DNA of 39,798 nt from an uncultured Clostridia bacterium (GTDB taxonomy: Bacteria > Bacillota > Clostridia > TANB77 > CAG-508), in assembly GCA_944393475.1 (NCBI GenBank), contig CALYAI010000002.1, positions 1 through 39,798 of the forward strand, in the 5' to 3' direction. Under the pieces are notes generated by a model that had not been told where the DNA came from, searched no databases, and saw nothing but the letters and a program-made list of their open reading frames with translations. This document shows positions 20,167-28,761 of the stretch, one piece after another (within the stretch, counting starts at the first letter, position 1; every line of letters begins with the position of its first letter). Position numbers and translations under genes: made by a program.

Positions 20167-20718
20167 ATGGAAAAAAGATTAGTTAAACTTAGTCTACTAG
20201 CTCCTGCTTCTGTAGAATTATCTGAAGAAGGTTTAGCAATATATGACGAAAATAGAGAAAAATTTGAAAAAGATGCACAACTTAACGGTAATAAATTAGA
20301 AATGCCTTTAGTTAACCTAATGCGTTTATTTGGAGATCATATCCATGATTCTAATAATCCTTTCGTTACAAATTCTATCGAATTGGATAATCCAAATAAT
20401 GACCAAATAGTTGGGAGAACTAGCTCTACAAGATATCGTTTACCTTTAGACACTAAAACTGCATTTCTTATAGAAACACATAATATGCAAAAAGTTTTAA
20501 TTTTCCTACAACACTTAAAAAATAGAGAATGTAATTATAAAGTATCTAAAAAGGGAATTGTAACTTCATTACGTGACCTTATGCCTTTATTTTCACAAAA
20601 TATAATTAATACTAAATTAACAAATACAACATGGTTTCCTATTTTAGGAGTCAAAACAGAAGATGTAGAAGTAGTTCAAAGTAAATCTTCTTCATTAGAT
20701 GATACTGGCGAAAGATAA
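20167..20718 (+). CDS. hypothetical protein (183 aa) co-transcribed with the PHP gene
   Basis: A strong AAGGAGG RBS lies 6 nt upstream, and the gene starts 19 nt after the PHP stop. It has an internal two-fold repeat (LVNLMRLFGDHI and LRDLMPLFSQNI). I recognise no family. Confidence 0.6.
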   Translation: MEKRLVKLSLLAPASVELSEEGLAIYDENREKFEKDAQLNGNKLEMPLVNLMRLFGDHIHDSNNPFVTNSIELDNPNNDQIVGRTSSTRYRLPLDTKTAFLIETHNMQKVLIFLQHLKNRECNYKVSKKGIVTSLRDLMPLFSQNIINTKLTNTTWFPILGVKTEDVEVVQSKSSSLDDTGER

Positions 20719-20721
20719 TGC

Positions 20722-20757
20722 AAAAGAACTTCAGGTTCAAACTGAAGTTCTTTTTAT
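20722..20757. terminator. bidirectional intrinsic terminator
   Basis: A perfect 12-bp hairpin AAAGAACTTCAG-(gttcaaa)-CTGAAGTTCTTT is flanked by A/T runs. It lies between the convergent 183-aa and 592-aa genes. Confidence 0.75.
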
Positions 20758-20762
20758 AATAC

Positions 20763-22541
20763 TTATCTTCCATTATCGTCCAAATCTTTACCTTGGTCAG
20801 GTCTACTTGCTATTTCCTCTCTCTTTTTTCGCAAACATTCATATGCCTTTCCAACTTCCTCTGCTTGTAAATATAGAGGAAGGTTTATGCTAAGCGTTGC
20901 ACCAAATCTACCCAAATCATGAGATATTACTCCATCCGTAGGTTTAATTTTTCTAAAATCTTTTTCTTCAATTCCACCCTCTAATGAAAGTTCTATATTA
21001 GATTTTTTACCTACTAACATTCCTGGTGGCACCACTTTTTGCAAAGTCTCGCACGCTAATTGATTCTTAAATTTATATAATTCTCCCAACCTAATTTGAC
21101 TAATTTGCTCTGCTGTTGGACGAGGCTTTTGCGATTGCTCTCTTTCGTATTGTTCTTGCATTCCAAATATTTCTCTTATTAAATCTTTTTCCTCTTTTGT
21201 TGGTCTATTTTCATCATTTATAAATTGTTTTAGTTCTTCTATATTTGCTAGTACTTCTTCGTCTGTTGCAAATGCATAGTTACCTTCTTCTGTTTTTCTT
21301 ATCCCTGATGCTAAAATAAATTTTGCAGTTTCTAAATATTTAGAATCTCTTTCTTCATTTATCTCCATGTTTTCTAAAAACATAGCTTCTTGCTCTCCGC
21401 TAAATCGACTAAAGGTACAACTATAATTTTGACTAAGAATACTCATAAAAGGACCTATTTCTTCCGATGTAAGTATTGGTGGTTCTTTAGATATATAAGC
21501 TTCATCCCTCATATAACTTATAATTCTGTCTCTTGTAGCTAATATATCTTCTGCATAAGCTCTAGATGACCAAGCATGTGCAGCATTATTACTATCTGTC
21601 TCTGCTATTTCATAACCATTTATTCTTAAAAAATTTTGTAAACATATTGTTGGATCTCCATCATAATAAATAATGTTATAATTACCCAATTCTTCTTGGC
21701 TTATTGGTAGTTTTCCACTATCTTGTATATTTACCATTATAACAGCATCTTTACTAAGATGTATACTTGTACCTTTAGTCCAGGTATCTGAAGAAGACTC
21801 AGATTCTAATTCTGCCTGATGCTCACTGTAATTATCTATTACAATATAATTTGGCCTATCCCAATTACCTTCTCCTGCTCCTGTACTTTCTACTCTTGCA
21901 TTAATTGTACAATGTACTTCGTGCCTGTGTACTAAAGTCCTAAACTCTTTATTTACGCCATTATATTTAACAGTAACAGGATAGCCCAATTTAACTCCAT
22001 CCCAATCTGATAAAATTACATTATTTCTTGGGAAAAAGTTTGTACAATGAACCAATACCTTCTTTTCTGGATCTATTATTGAACAATTTATTTTACTATA
22101 TTCTCCCAAGCTAGTCGCAGTATCTGTTATTATTAATTTACCATCTTGTTCCCTAAAAGATCCATCATGCTCTCTTGTTTGTCTTATTCTTGAAATTACA
22201 GCTTTTTCATCTGCGATTAATTCTTCTTCATTTTTTTCCAATCTTTTTTGTTCTTCTTTTGCACTTTCCAGTTGTTTTTCCAATCCTTCTATTTGTCTAC
22301 TTACTTCATAATATTTACCTCTATGGAATATATTAGCTATTCTATCCCATATCCTAGATTTTTCTTTAACAACCATAGCTCTAGAACTTTCTGTTTCTAA
22401 TCTTTCTATTTTCCAATCATTAGCATTTATGTCTCTTCTAACTCTTTGTAGTTCCATATCTACTTTTTTTTGTAAAATATCTAATCTTTTACGTTCTCTT
22501 AAATCATCAGTAATTCTTTTTGCTTTAAAATCTTGTAGCAT
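20763..22541 (-). CDS. hypothetical protein (592 aa) with an N-terminal coiled coil
   Basis: The ORF is long and clean, with an AAGGAGGA RBS upstream (complement of 22546-22553). The first ~125 aa are heptad-like and charged. The central region contains VLVHCTNFFPRNNV...LVHRHEVHCTINARVESTGAGEGNWDRPNYIVID. The C-terminal half is helical and acidic. There is no signal peptide or TM segment, and I recognise no family. Confidence 0.65.
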   Translation of the reverse strand: MLQDFKAKRITDDLRERKRLDILQKKVDMELQRVRRDINANDWKIERLETESSRAMVVKEKSRIWDRIANIFHRGKYYEVSRQIEGLEKQLESAKEEQKRLEKNEEELIADEKAVISRIRQTREHDGSFREQDGKLIITDTATSLGEYSKINCSIIDPEKKVLVHCTNFFPRNNVILSDWDGVKLGYPVTVKYNGVNKEFRTLVHRHEVHCTINARVESTGAGEGNWDRPNYIVIDNYSEHQAELESESSSDTWTKGTSIHLSKDAVIMVNIQDSGKLPISQEELGNYNIIYYDGDPTICLQNFLRINGYEIAETDSNNAAHAWSSRAYAEDILATRDRIISYMRDEAYISKEPPILTSEEIGPFMSILSQNYSCTFSRFSGEQEAMFLENMEINEERDSKYLETAKFILASGIRKTEEGNYAFATDEEVLANIEELKQFINDENRPTKEEKDLIREIFGMQEQYEREQSQKPRPTAEQISQIRLGELYKFKNQLACETLQKVVPPGMLVGKKSNIELSLEGGIEEKDFRKIKPTDGVISHDLGRFGATLSINLPLYLQAEEVGKAYECLRKKREEIASRPDQGKDLDDNGR

Positions 22542-22654
22542 ATAATCCTCCTTTGTTTTTATCTTTGCATTATTAAAATCATATTTATTACTATTTATTT
22601 TTTATAAATATATAGTATTAATATAGAAAAATCAAGCAAACTCACTAAATTCCA

Positions 22655-22695
22655 CAAAAAATAACAGTATCTATAAAATCTTAGATACTGTTATT
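22655..22695 (-). terminator. intrinsic terminator of the tRNA operon
   Basis: A 13-bp hairpin (22660-22672 with 22683-22695) starts immediately 3' of the tRNA-Phe CCA. A T-run follows on the minus strand. Confidence 0.65.
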
Positions 22696-22696
22696 T

Positions 22697-22772
22697 TGGT
22701 GCCTCGAACGGGAATCGAACCAGTGACACAGGGATTTTCAGTCCCTTGCTCTACCAACTGAGCTATCGAGGC
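22697..22772 (-). tRNA. tRNA-Phe (GAA), CCA encoded
   Basis: The reverse complement GCCTCGATAGCTCAGTTGGTAGAGCAAGGGACTGAAAATCCCTGTGTCACTGGTTCGATTCCCGTTCGAGGCACCA folds as a cloverleaf by hand. The acceptor stem is GCCTCGA/TCGAGGC and the anticodon loop is CTGAAAA. Confidence 0.95.
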
Positions 22773-22843
22773 TTATTATTAAATTGTTGATAAGTATATT
22801 TTTTCTTATATGTTTTCCACACCATTTCCTATATATAAAAAAA

Positions 22844-22920
22844 TGGCGACCCGGAACGGGCTCGAACCGTCGACCTCTAGCGTGACAGGCTAGCGTTCTA
22901 ACCAACTGAACTACCGGGCC
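22844..22920 (-). tRNA. tRNA-Asp (GTC), CCA encoded
   Basis: The reverse complement is GGCCCGGTAGTTCAGTTGGTTAGAACGCTAGCCTGTCACGCTAGAGGTCGACGGTTCGAGCCCGTTCCGGGTCGCCA. The acceptor stem pairs 7/7 (one G-U) and the anticodon loop is CTGTCAC. Confidence 0.95.
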
Positions 22921-22931
22921 ATAAAGAAAAT

Positions 22932-23007
22932 TGGTGGTCGCAATAGGGCTCGAACCTATGACCCCCTGCTTGTAAGGCAGATGCTCTCCCAGCTGAGCTA
23001 TGCGACC
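22932..23007 (-). tRNA. tRNA-Val (TAC), CCA encoded
   Basis: The reverse complement is GGTCGCATAGCTCAGCTGGGAGAGCATCTGCCTTACAAGCAGGGGGTCATAGGTTCGAGCCCTATTGCGACCACCA. The acceptor stem is GGTCGCA/TGCGACC and the anticodon loop is CTTACAA. Confidence 0.95.
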
Positions 23008-23026
23008 ATTTCTTCCGACGAGATTT

Positions 23027-23055
23027 AGTATACTATTTTTTTTATTTTCTGTCAA
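23027..23055 (-). promoter_or_regulatory. near-consensus sigma-A promoter of the tRNA Val-Asp-Phe operon
   Basis: On the minus strand: TTGACA (23055-23050), exactly 17 nt, then TATACT (23032-23027). This is ~20 nt upstream of tRNA-Val. Confidence 0.65.
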
Positions 23056-23133
23056 TACTTTTTTTATATTTTTTTATTTATTCTAATAAAACTAATAAAT
23101 AAAATCTTGTAATCTCTTTAAATATAGAAAAAG

Positions 23134-23158
23134 AAAAAAGGTCTTTCGACCTTTTTTT
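23134..23158 (-). terminator. intrinsic terminator after hup
   Basis: The hairpin AAAAAAGGTC-(tttc)-GACCTTTTTT has a T-run on both strands. Confidence 0.7.
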
Positions 23159-23193
23159 GCATATGAATTCATATTTAATATATAAAAATTCAA

Positions 23194-23472
23194 TTATTTT
23201 TTGTTTACTAAATCTTTTAAAGCTTTTCCAGCTTTGAATACTGGAGCTTTTGATGCAGGTATTTTTATTTCTTCTTTAGTTTGAGGATTTCTTCCTTTTC
23301 TAGCAGCTCTTTTTCTTACTTCGAAAGATCCAAATCCAACTAATTGAACTTTATCACCTTTTACTAAAGATTCTGTAACTACATCTACAAATGCATTTAC
23401 TGATGCTTCAGCACTTTTTTTTGTTTCTCCTGTTTTTGCAGCGATTGCTGCGATTAAATCAGCTTTGTTCAT
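23194..23472 (-). CDS. hup: DNA-binding protein HU
   Basis: [15 protein letters not shown]...[46 protein letters not shown] is a canonical HU sequence. Confidence 0.95.
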   Translation of the reverse strand: MNKADLIAAIAAKTGETKKSAEASVNAFVDVVTESLVKGDKVQLVGFGSFEVRKRAARKGRNPQTKEEIKIPASKAPVFKAGKALKDLVNKK

Positions 23473-23638
23473 TTAAATTACCTCCTAAATAGTTTGTGTT
23501 TATGTAGTGCTTTCAAATGCCTACTAAATCTTATATTCGCCAATATCTTTTAAAATCCTTCTTTTTTTTTATTATTTTTTCTTCAACTTTAATTCTCTCT
23601 AAGAATTGCTGTCTTTTTTTACCAATAACATTTTTTTC

Positions 23639-25279
23639 TTAAGCTTTTTCTTCCTTATATATACCAAGCTTTTCAAGAATTTTATATACTTTTTGTCCAT
23701 ATGGAATCATATAAAATTCTTCTTTTGATAAAATTTTTAAAGCAATTACAGAAATAGCGTAAATAATAACTGCAAATATAATTGCTATTATTGTTGCCCA
23801 AGCTTGTGATATTATTCCTAAAAGCAAATTATATATGAATAATGAGCATATTGACATTATTATTGTTGCTAATATTGGTTTTATTAAAAAATTTCTTACC
23901 TTTAAATTTAATTTAATATTTCTTCTTAAGGTTGTAAATGCTATTGAAAATGCTATCATATGACATACAACGGACCCTATTGCTGCTCCATTTGCTCCAA
24001 ACATAGGATTAGAAACTAATGCTAAATTTACAATAAGTTTTGCAATCATTCCTATTCCTAAAGAAATTGCTGGAACCATAATTTTTCCAATTCCCTGTAG
24101 TGTACCATTTATTGTTTGGTCAAGAATTGTAAATATTATTGTTAATGCAGATATTTGTAATAATAATGCACCATCTGGTTGCATTGGATATAACAAATGC
24201 AATATTGGATCTGCAAAAACTATCATTCCTATTGTACAAGGAAGTCCTATTAACATACTTGCCATTAAAGAAAATGATACTCTCTTTGTTGCATTTTCTT
24301 TATCTCCCTTTGCAATTGCACTAGTAATAGTTGGAACTAAAGCTGTTGCAAAAGCAATGTTTAAAGCAAGAGGTAATGATGTTAATGTATCCACTTTTCC
24401 TCCCAATATTCCATATTGTGCTTTTGCATCTGTTTCTGTCATAAACTTTTTTAATCCACCTACAACTGTAAATGAGTCTATATTTTTATTAAATGATGAC
24501 ATTATTGCACTTAAAGACATTGGAATAGAAACACTTAATATTTTCTTTACAATGGTTTTTACATTTTGATATTTGTAATTTATTGTTTCTTTTAATTCTT
24601 TTACTCTTTCATTTCTTGTAATTCTATAAAATCTTAATAAATACATAAAACTCATTAGAATTGATAAAGTTGTTGCAACATTTGCTGCTGCAGCCATCCA
24701 AACAGTGTTTGAACCTGTTACCTTAGAAACAATTTCTACGATAATAATTACTAAAATTGTCTTAAAAACTTGTTCCAGTGTTTGTGACTTTGCAGTTACT
24801 CTCATGGCTTGCTTTCCGTTACAATATCCTCTTAAAACAGCAGATACTGTAACAAAAAATATTGCTGGTGATAAAGTTACCAATGTATATTTAGCCTCTG
24901 GAATATGTAACCAATACTGTGCAATTATATCTGCTCCTAAAAATAGTAATAATGTACCTATTAATCCTATTACAGCAAATGTAGCTAAAGCTATTTTAAA
25001 TATTCTTAATGCTCCTTTATGATCGCCTTTTGCTGTTCTTTCTGCAACTAATTTTGATATAGCATTTGGAACACCTATTGAAGATAATGTAAGTAATAAT
25101 GCATATATTTGGTATGAACCTGAATATATTGCATTTCCCTGGTCTCCAAAACCTTCTTTATTAGTAAGATATAAATTATATACTAATCCCAATAATTTAA
25201 TAAGGACTTGCGAAAACATAAGAGAAAGTACCGCTTGCATAAAGCCTTCTTTTAGCACTTTGTTTTTTTGCTTTTTCAT
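23639..25279 (-). CDS. spoVB: SpoVB-like MOP-superfamily flippase (polysaccharide / lipid II flippase family)
   Basis: The protein is polytopic. GVPNAISKLVAERTAKGDHKGA and VLRGYCNGKQAMRVTAKSQTLEQV parallel B. subtilis SpoVB motifs as I remember them. Assigning it to SpoVB rather than a MurJ-like paralog is inference. Confidence 0.7.
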   Translation of the reverse strand: MKKQKNKVLKEGFMQAVLSLMFSQVLIKLLGLVYNLYLTNKEGFGDQGNAIYSGSYQIYALLLTLSSIGVPNAISKLVAERTAKGDHKGALRIFKIALATFAVIGLIGTLLLFLGADIIAQYWLHIPEAKYTLVTLSPAIFFVTVSAVLRGYCNGKQAMRVTAKSQTLEQVFKTILVIIIVEIVSKVTGSNTVWMAAAANVATTLSILMSFMYLLRFYRITRNERVKELKETINYKYQNVKTIVKKILSVSIPMSLSAIMSSFNKNIDSFTVVGGLKKFMTETDAKAQYGILGGKVDTLTSLPLALNIAFATALVPTITSAIAKGDKENATKRVSFSLMASMLIGLPCTIGMIVFADPILHLLYPMQPDGALLLQISALTIIFTILDQTINGTLQGIGKIMVPAISLGIGMIAKLIVNLALVSNPMFGANGAAIGSVVCHMIAFSIAFTTLRRNIKLNLKVRNFLIKPILATIIMSICSLFIYNLLLGIISQAWATIIAIIFAVIIYAISVIALKILSKEEFYMIPYGQKVYKILEKLGIYKEEKA

Positions 25280-25391
25280 TTTATTATCCTTTCTTTTTTC
25301 TATTGTATTAAACTAAATCATATTATATTAATAAATTTATTCACAATCAAGTATGGAATACGACTTTTTTTAATAAAATCTCTTAAATATC

Positions 25392-25420
25392 TTGTTTTTT
25401 TCGCATTTTTATAGGATAAT
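25392..25420 (+). promoter_or_regulatory. putative sigma-A promoter for the coupling-protein-like gene
   Basis: TTGTTT (25392-25397), a 17-nt spacer, then GATAAT (25415-25420). Confidence 0.3.
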
Positions 25421-25462
25421 ATATATGTGTAATTATAAATAAAATGAAAGTGGTGGCATGTT

Positions 25463-27793
25463 TTGAAACTTTTCGATAAATTTTTGAAAAAATTAAAAAC
25501 TAATAGAAATACTTTTTTAACATATATTTTAACTCTTATATCTATTTATATTCTTGTAGATAGAGTTGTAGAGTTACTATTTTTATTTTTTAGTGGAATA
25601 TCATTATCATATTGGGGACCAGTTAAATATACTTTAGCAATAGCATGTGTTGTTTTTGCTTTCCTATTTTCTGGTGCTTCATCATTCACATCTTCTAAAA
25701 AAACAAAATTATCATTTATGTATACATATATAACTGTACTGTATACAATTATAATTTCAATGATTGTACAATGGATAAATGAAGGTATGTGGCTTTTATT
25801 AATGTCCATCCCTAATTATGTTGGATTAATTACAACTTCTTCAGAATTAATAAAACCTGCTTTTACAGCAATAGCAATATATATACCTTTAACAACTTTC
25901 TTTGCAATATTTAAGTTTATATATACAAAAGTAAATGATAATGAAGATATGAGAAATTCTATATTGGATTTTAAAGGTATCGATTTATCAGAAGGTCCAA
26001 AAAATGTAGGACCATATACTTGTGAAAATATTCTTTGTATGGACACGGACTTAGGAAAACCTGCTGTCCTTGCAGAAGACAAAAGATTTGAATCTACTTT
26101 AATAGTTGGTTCTTCAGGTACTGGTAAAACATCAATGGTTATAGAACCAATGGTAGCAAGGGATATAGAGAAAAAATTATTCTTCGAAGAAAATGCTAAA
26201 GAAATGGGATTTACAGCTTTAAAAACTGGTCTTGCAACACTTCAAGCACCATTTAATAACGAATATTTAAATAAAAATTTTAATCTAAACATGTTAAAAC
26301 CTGTTGAAAGCAAACTAAAATTATATAAAGCTTATATGAAAAAAATGATTTTAGATTCTTCTTCAGAAGACATAAAATATAAAAACTTAGGAATTACAGC
26401 CATAGCACCGGACTTTGCTTCTATAGAAAATATGATGAAAGTAGCGGATAACTTTAATATACCATATAATCTAATCGATCCAGATAATATGGATTCTATT
26501 GGTATTAATCCATTTACTTTTGATGACCCATTAAAAACAGCTGTTGCTATTTCTTCTGTACTAAGAAGTATGTATAATACAACACATACAGATGTTGAAG
26601 AAGCTTTTCGTGATAATGTAACAAGTCAAGCAATAGAAAATCTATCCATACTATTAAAAGTAATGTATCCAAAATTAAATGATGGAGATCTACCAACATT
26701 AACAGATATGTTAGAAATGTTAACTGATTTTGATGTAGCAGAAGATATGTGTAGAAAAATGGAATATGATGAAGAATTATCTGCTAAATATAAAATGCAA
26801 ATAGCTTATTTTAAGAAGAATTTTTATAGAACTGGTTCAGGAAGAGCAGATACGGAAAAATTTGTATATTCAGCTGTTACACAATTGGATAATCTTCTAA
26901 GAAACGAAGGTGTACGAAATATCCTTTGTAATAGAAATGATAACATTAATTTCGATGAAGTATTGGAAAATGGTGGTGTTACATTTGTATGTACACGTAG
27001 AGGAGATTTGGGTGCAGCAACACATAAAGCATTTGGATTATTTTTCTTAATATTAATGCAATATTCTGTTCTAAGAAGACCTGGAAACGAAAAGAATAGA
27101 GTCCCTCATTTCCTATACATAGATGAATTTCCAGACTTCTTATGTAAAGACATAGATGCAATATTTACCCTATACAGAAAATATCGTGTTGGTACATTAA
27201 TTACAGCCCAAAACTTAGAGCAATTAGGAAATCAAGTATATTCAAGATATAGACAAACTATTCTTGCTAACTGTGCAAATAAACTTTTATTTGGTGGTGC
27301 AACACCTGAGGACAGAGAATGGTGGTCTAAAGAATTTGGTAACAGAAGAAAATGGAGATATAAAAATGACTACCACACTGAAAAAGGATCTTATGACGAA
27401 AAATATGGTCAAATCGAATATGGTTGGACTGCATATTTTAAGGCTGATAAATTAAGAGCTTTAAAACCTAAACATTGTGCATATAAAATAGTAAGTCCTA
27501 AAGGTGGAGTTCAAGTAGGAAAAGGTAAAGTAGATTTTATAAGTTCAAAGTATAAAGAAAAACAAAAAATTAAATATTTTAATTTTGAAAAATATACTGG
27601 TGGTATTTTTGATGAATCAGAACCAAGATTTAAGAGAAAACCTAAATTTAATTATGGTAATGTAGACTTCACAGATAAAAATAATTCAACAGAAATAGAT
27701 CCAATAAAAACAGATACTTCAGATTCAAATTTCTTATTTGATAATGATGATGCAATAATTGTAGACTTAAAAAAAGGAAATCCTAATAAATAG
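25463..27793 (+). CDS. VirD4/TraG/TraD-family type IV coupling protein-like ATPase, membrane anchored (776 aa)
   Basis: About 5 N-terminal hydrophobic segments span aa 18-155. Walker A GSSGTGKTS lies at nt 26108-26134 and Walker B HFLYIDEFPDF has its DE at nt 27122-27127. RKYRVGTLITAQNLEQLG...ANCANKLLFGG matches the T4CP C-terminal motifs. A Lys-rich tail of ~120 aa follows. The start is TTG. Confidence 0.75.
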   Translation: MKLFDKFLKKLKTNRNTFLTYILTLISIYILVDRVVELLFLFFSGISLSYWGPVKYTLAIACVVFAFLFSGASSFTSSKKTKLSFMYTYITVLYTIIISMIVQWINEGMWLLLMSIPNYVGLITTSSELIKPAFTAIAIYIPLTTFFAIFKFIYTKVNDNEDMRNSILDFKGIDLSEGPKNVGPYTCENILCMDTDLGKPAVLAEDKRFESTLIVGSSGTGKTSMVIEPMVARDIEKKLFFEENAKEMGFTALKTGLATLQAPFNNEYLNKNFNLNMLKPVESKLKLYKAYMKKMILDSSSEDIKYKNLGITAIAPDFASIENMMKVADNFNIPYNLIDPDNMDSIGINPFTFDDPLKTAVAISSVLRSMYNTTHTDVEEAFRDNVTSQAIENLSILLKVMYPKLNDGDLPTLTDMLEMLTDFDVAEDMCRKMEYDEELSAKYKMQIAYFKKNFYRTGSGRADTEKFVYSAVTQLDNLLRNEGVRNILCNRNDNINFDEVLENGGVTFVCTRRGDLGAATHKAFGLFFLILMQYSVLRRPGNEKNRVPHFLYIDEFPDFLCKDIDAIFTLYRKYRVGTLITAQNLEQLGNQVYSRYRQTILANCANKLLFGGATPEDREWWSKEFGNRRKWRYKNDYHTEKGSYDEKYGQIEYGWTAYFKADKLRALKPKHCAYKIVSPKGGVQVGKGKVDFISSKYKEKQKIKYFNFEKYTGGIFDESEPRFKRKPKFNYGNVDFTDKNNSTEIDPIKTDTSDSNFLFDNDDAIIVDLKKGNPNK

Positions 27794-27805
27794 GATTTCT
27801 TTTTT
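27777..27805. terminator. bidirectional intrinsic terminator between convergent genes
   Basis: The hairpin GAAATCCT-(aataaat)-AGGATTTC is flanked by A6 and T6 runs. It overlaps the TAG stop of the + gene and abuts the stop of the - gene. Confidence 0.55.
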
Positions 27806-28748
27806 ATTCCATTTCTAATAATTTTAAATCAACATTTACTATTTTATATTTGTTAGTACTTTCATCCAATCTAAATTCTATTAAAGTATCTTCCAATGAT
27901 TCTTTATTCTGTCTTAAATCTGTTGTAAAATATAATTTTATTTTTGATATTTCTACCCTTTTTGTTACTATAGCTCTAAAGGTTTCTGCAGCATGTTTTT
28001 CATCTTCACAAACAAATATTAGTTGAGGCATTATTGCAAATCCAGAATCTCCTGGAACAAAATTGTCATAAAAATCGTTATACAATCTCATTTTTTCTAC
28101 TAACTTATTCTCCCAATCCTCTTCTCTCCTTACAACTTCGAATAAGAATGATATTGATTTATTGTTTTTAGTTAATTTTACACTTCCACCAGAAGCTTTA
28201 AATGTCTTTCCTGTGGCTTTTGCAGTAAGTTGTGGTTTTACCACGTATGAATCAAATGCTTTTACTTTTCTTAAATATGCTAATAATGTTTGGTTACCTG
28301 CAAGTCTTTTCTTTATTAAAGCAACAGGTTTTACATTATCTGTAGGTTGCCATTTACATTCTATATCTCTAGAATTTAATAAATATTTCCCCATTTTTTC
28401 TAAGCAATATATTCTATATATTCCTTTTCCATCTTCTGAATGGAAATAATATCTTGTTAATATTTTTGTTTTAATTAATTGTTCTAACTTTTTATTTAAT
28501 TTATCTTGTGATTTTATATCTATTCCTTTTATTTGTAGTAATTGATAAATTTGTCTTGATGTTATAAATTCAAATTCGTTTACAATCTCTAATATTTGGA
28601 AATGAAGATCTGTAATATGTCCTAAATTTATTTTATTAATGATTTGATTCATCGAAACATAACCATCTTTTCCGTCAAATACTTTTATTTCACCTTCTCT
28701 AATTGCAAAAGGTGATACTTCTGCTTTTATTTGACTATCTTCTACCAT
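27804..28748 (-). CDS. replication-relaxation-family-like protein (wHTH plus a possible nuclease-like C-terminal domain), 314 aa
   Basis: ITDLHFQILEIVNEFEFITSRQIYQLLQ...LNKKLEQLIKTKILTRYYF...YCLEKMGKYLL fits the wHTH pattern of the replication-relaxation family. The C-terminal part contains FLFEVVRRE...LIFVCEDEKH. A GGAGGA RBS abuts the stop of the upstream S1 gene. The family call is by eye. Confidence 0.5.
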   Translation of the reverse strand: MVEDSQIKAEVSPFAIREGEIKVFDGKDGYVSMNQIINKINLGHITDLHFQILEIVNEFEFITSRQIYQLLQIKGIDIKSQDKLNKKLEQLIKTKILTRYYFHSEDGKGIYRIYCLEKMGKYLLNSRDIECKWQPTDNVKPVALIKKRLAGNQTLLAYLRKVKAFDSYVVKPQLTAKATGKTFKASGGSVKLTKNNKSISFLFEVVRREEDWENKLVEKMRLYNDFYDNFVPGDSGFAIMPQLIFVCEDEKHAAETFRAIVTKRVEISKIKLYFTTDLRQNKESLEDTLIEFRLDESTNKYKIVNVDLKLLEME

Positions 28749-28761
28749 ATAAGATTCCTCC

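Noticed and set aside
20722-22700. A genomic island integrated at the 3' end of tRNA-Phe, with a direct repeat at the far border.
   Set aside because: By eye I found no copy of the tRNA-Phe 3' segment (…GGTTCGATTCCCGTTCGAGGCACCA) near 20720-20760 or 19150-19260. No integrase is present. The accessory nature of the block remains only an inference.
22738-23055. A 105-aa minus-strand ORF.
   Set aside because: It runs across all three tRNA genes and their spacers. It is an artefact of the GC-richer tRNA sequence lacking stops.
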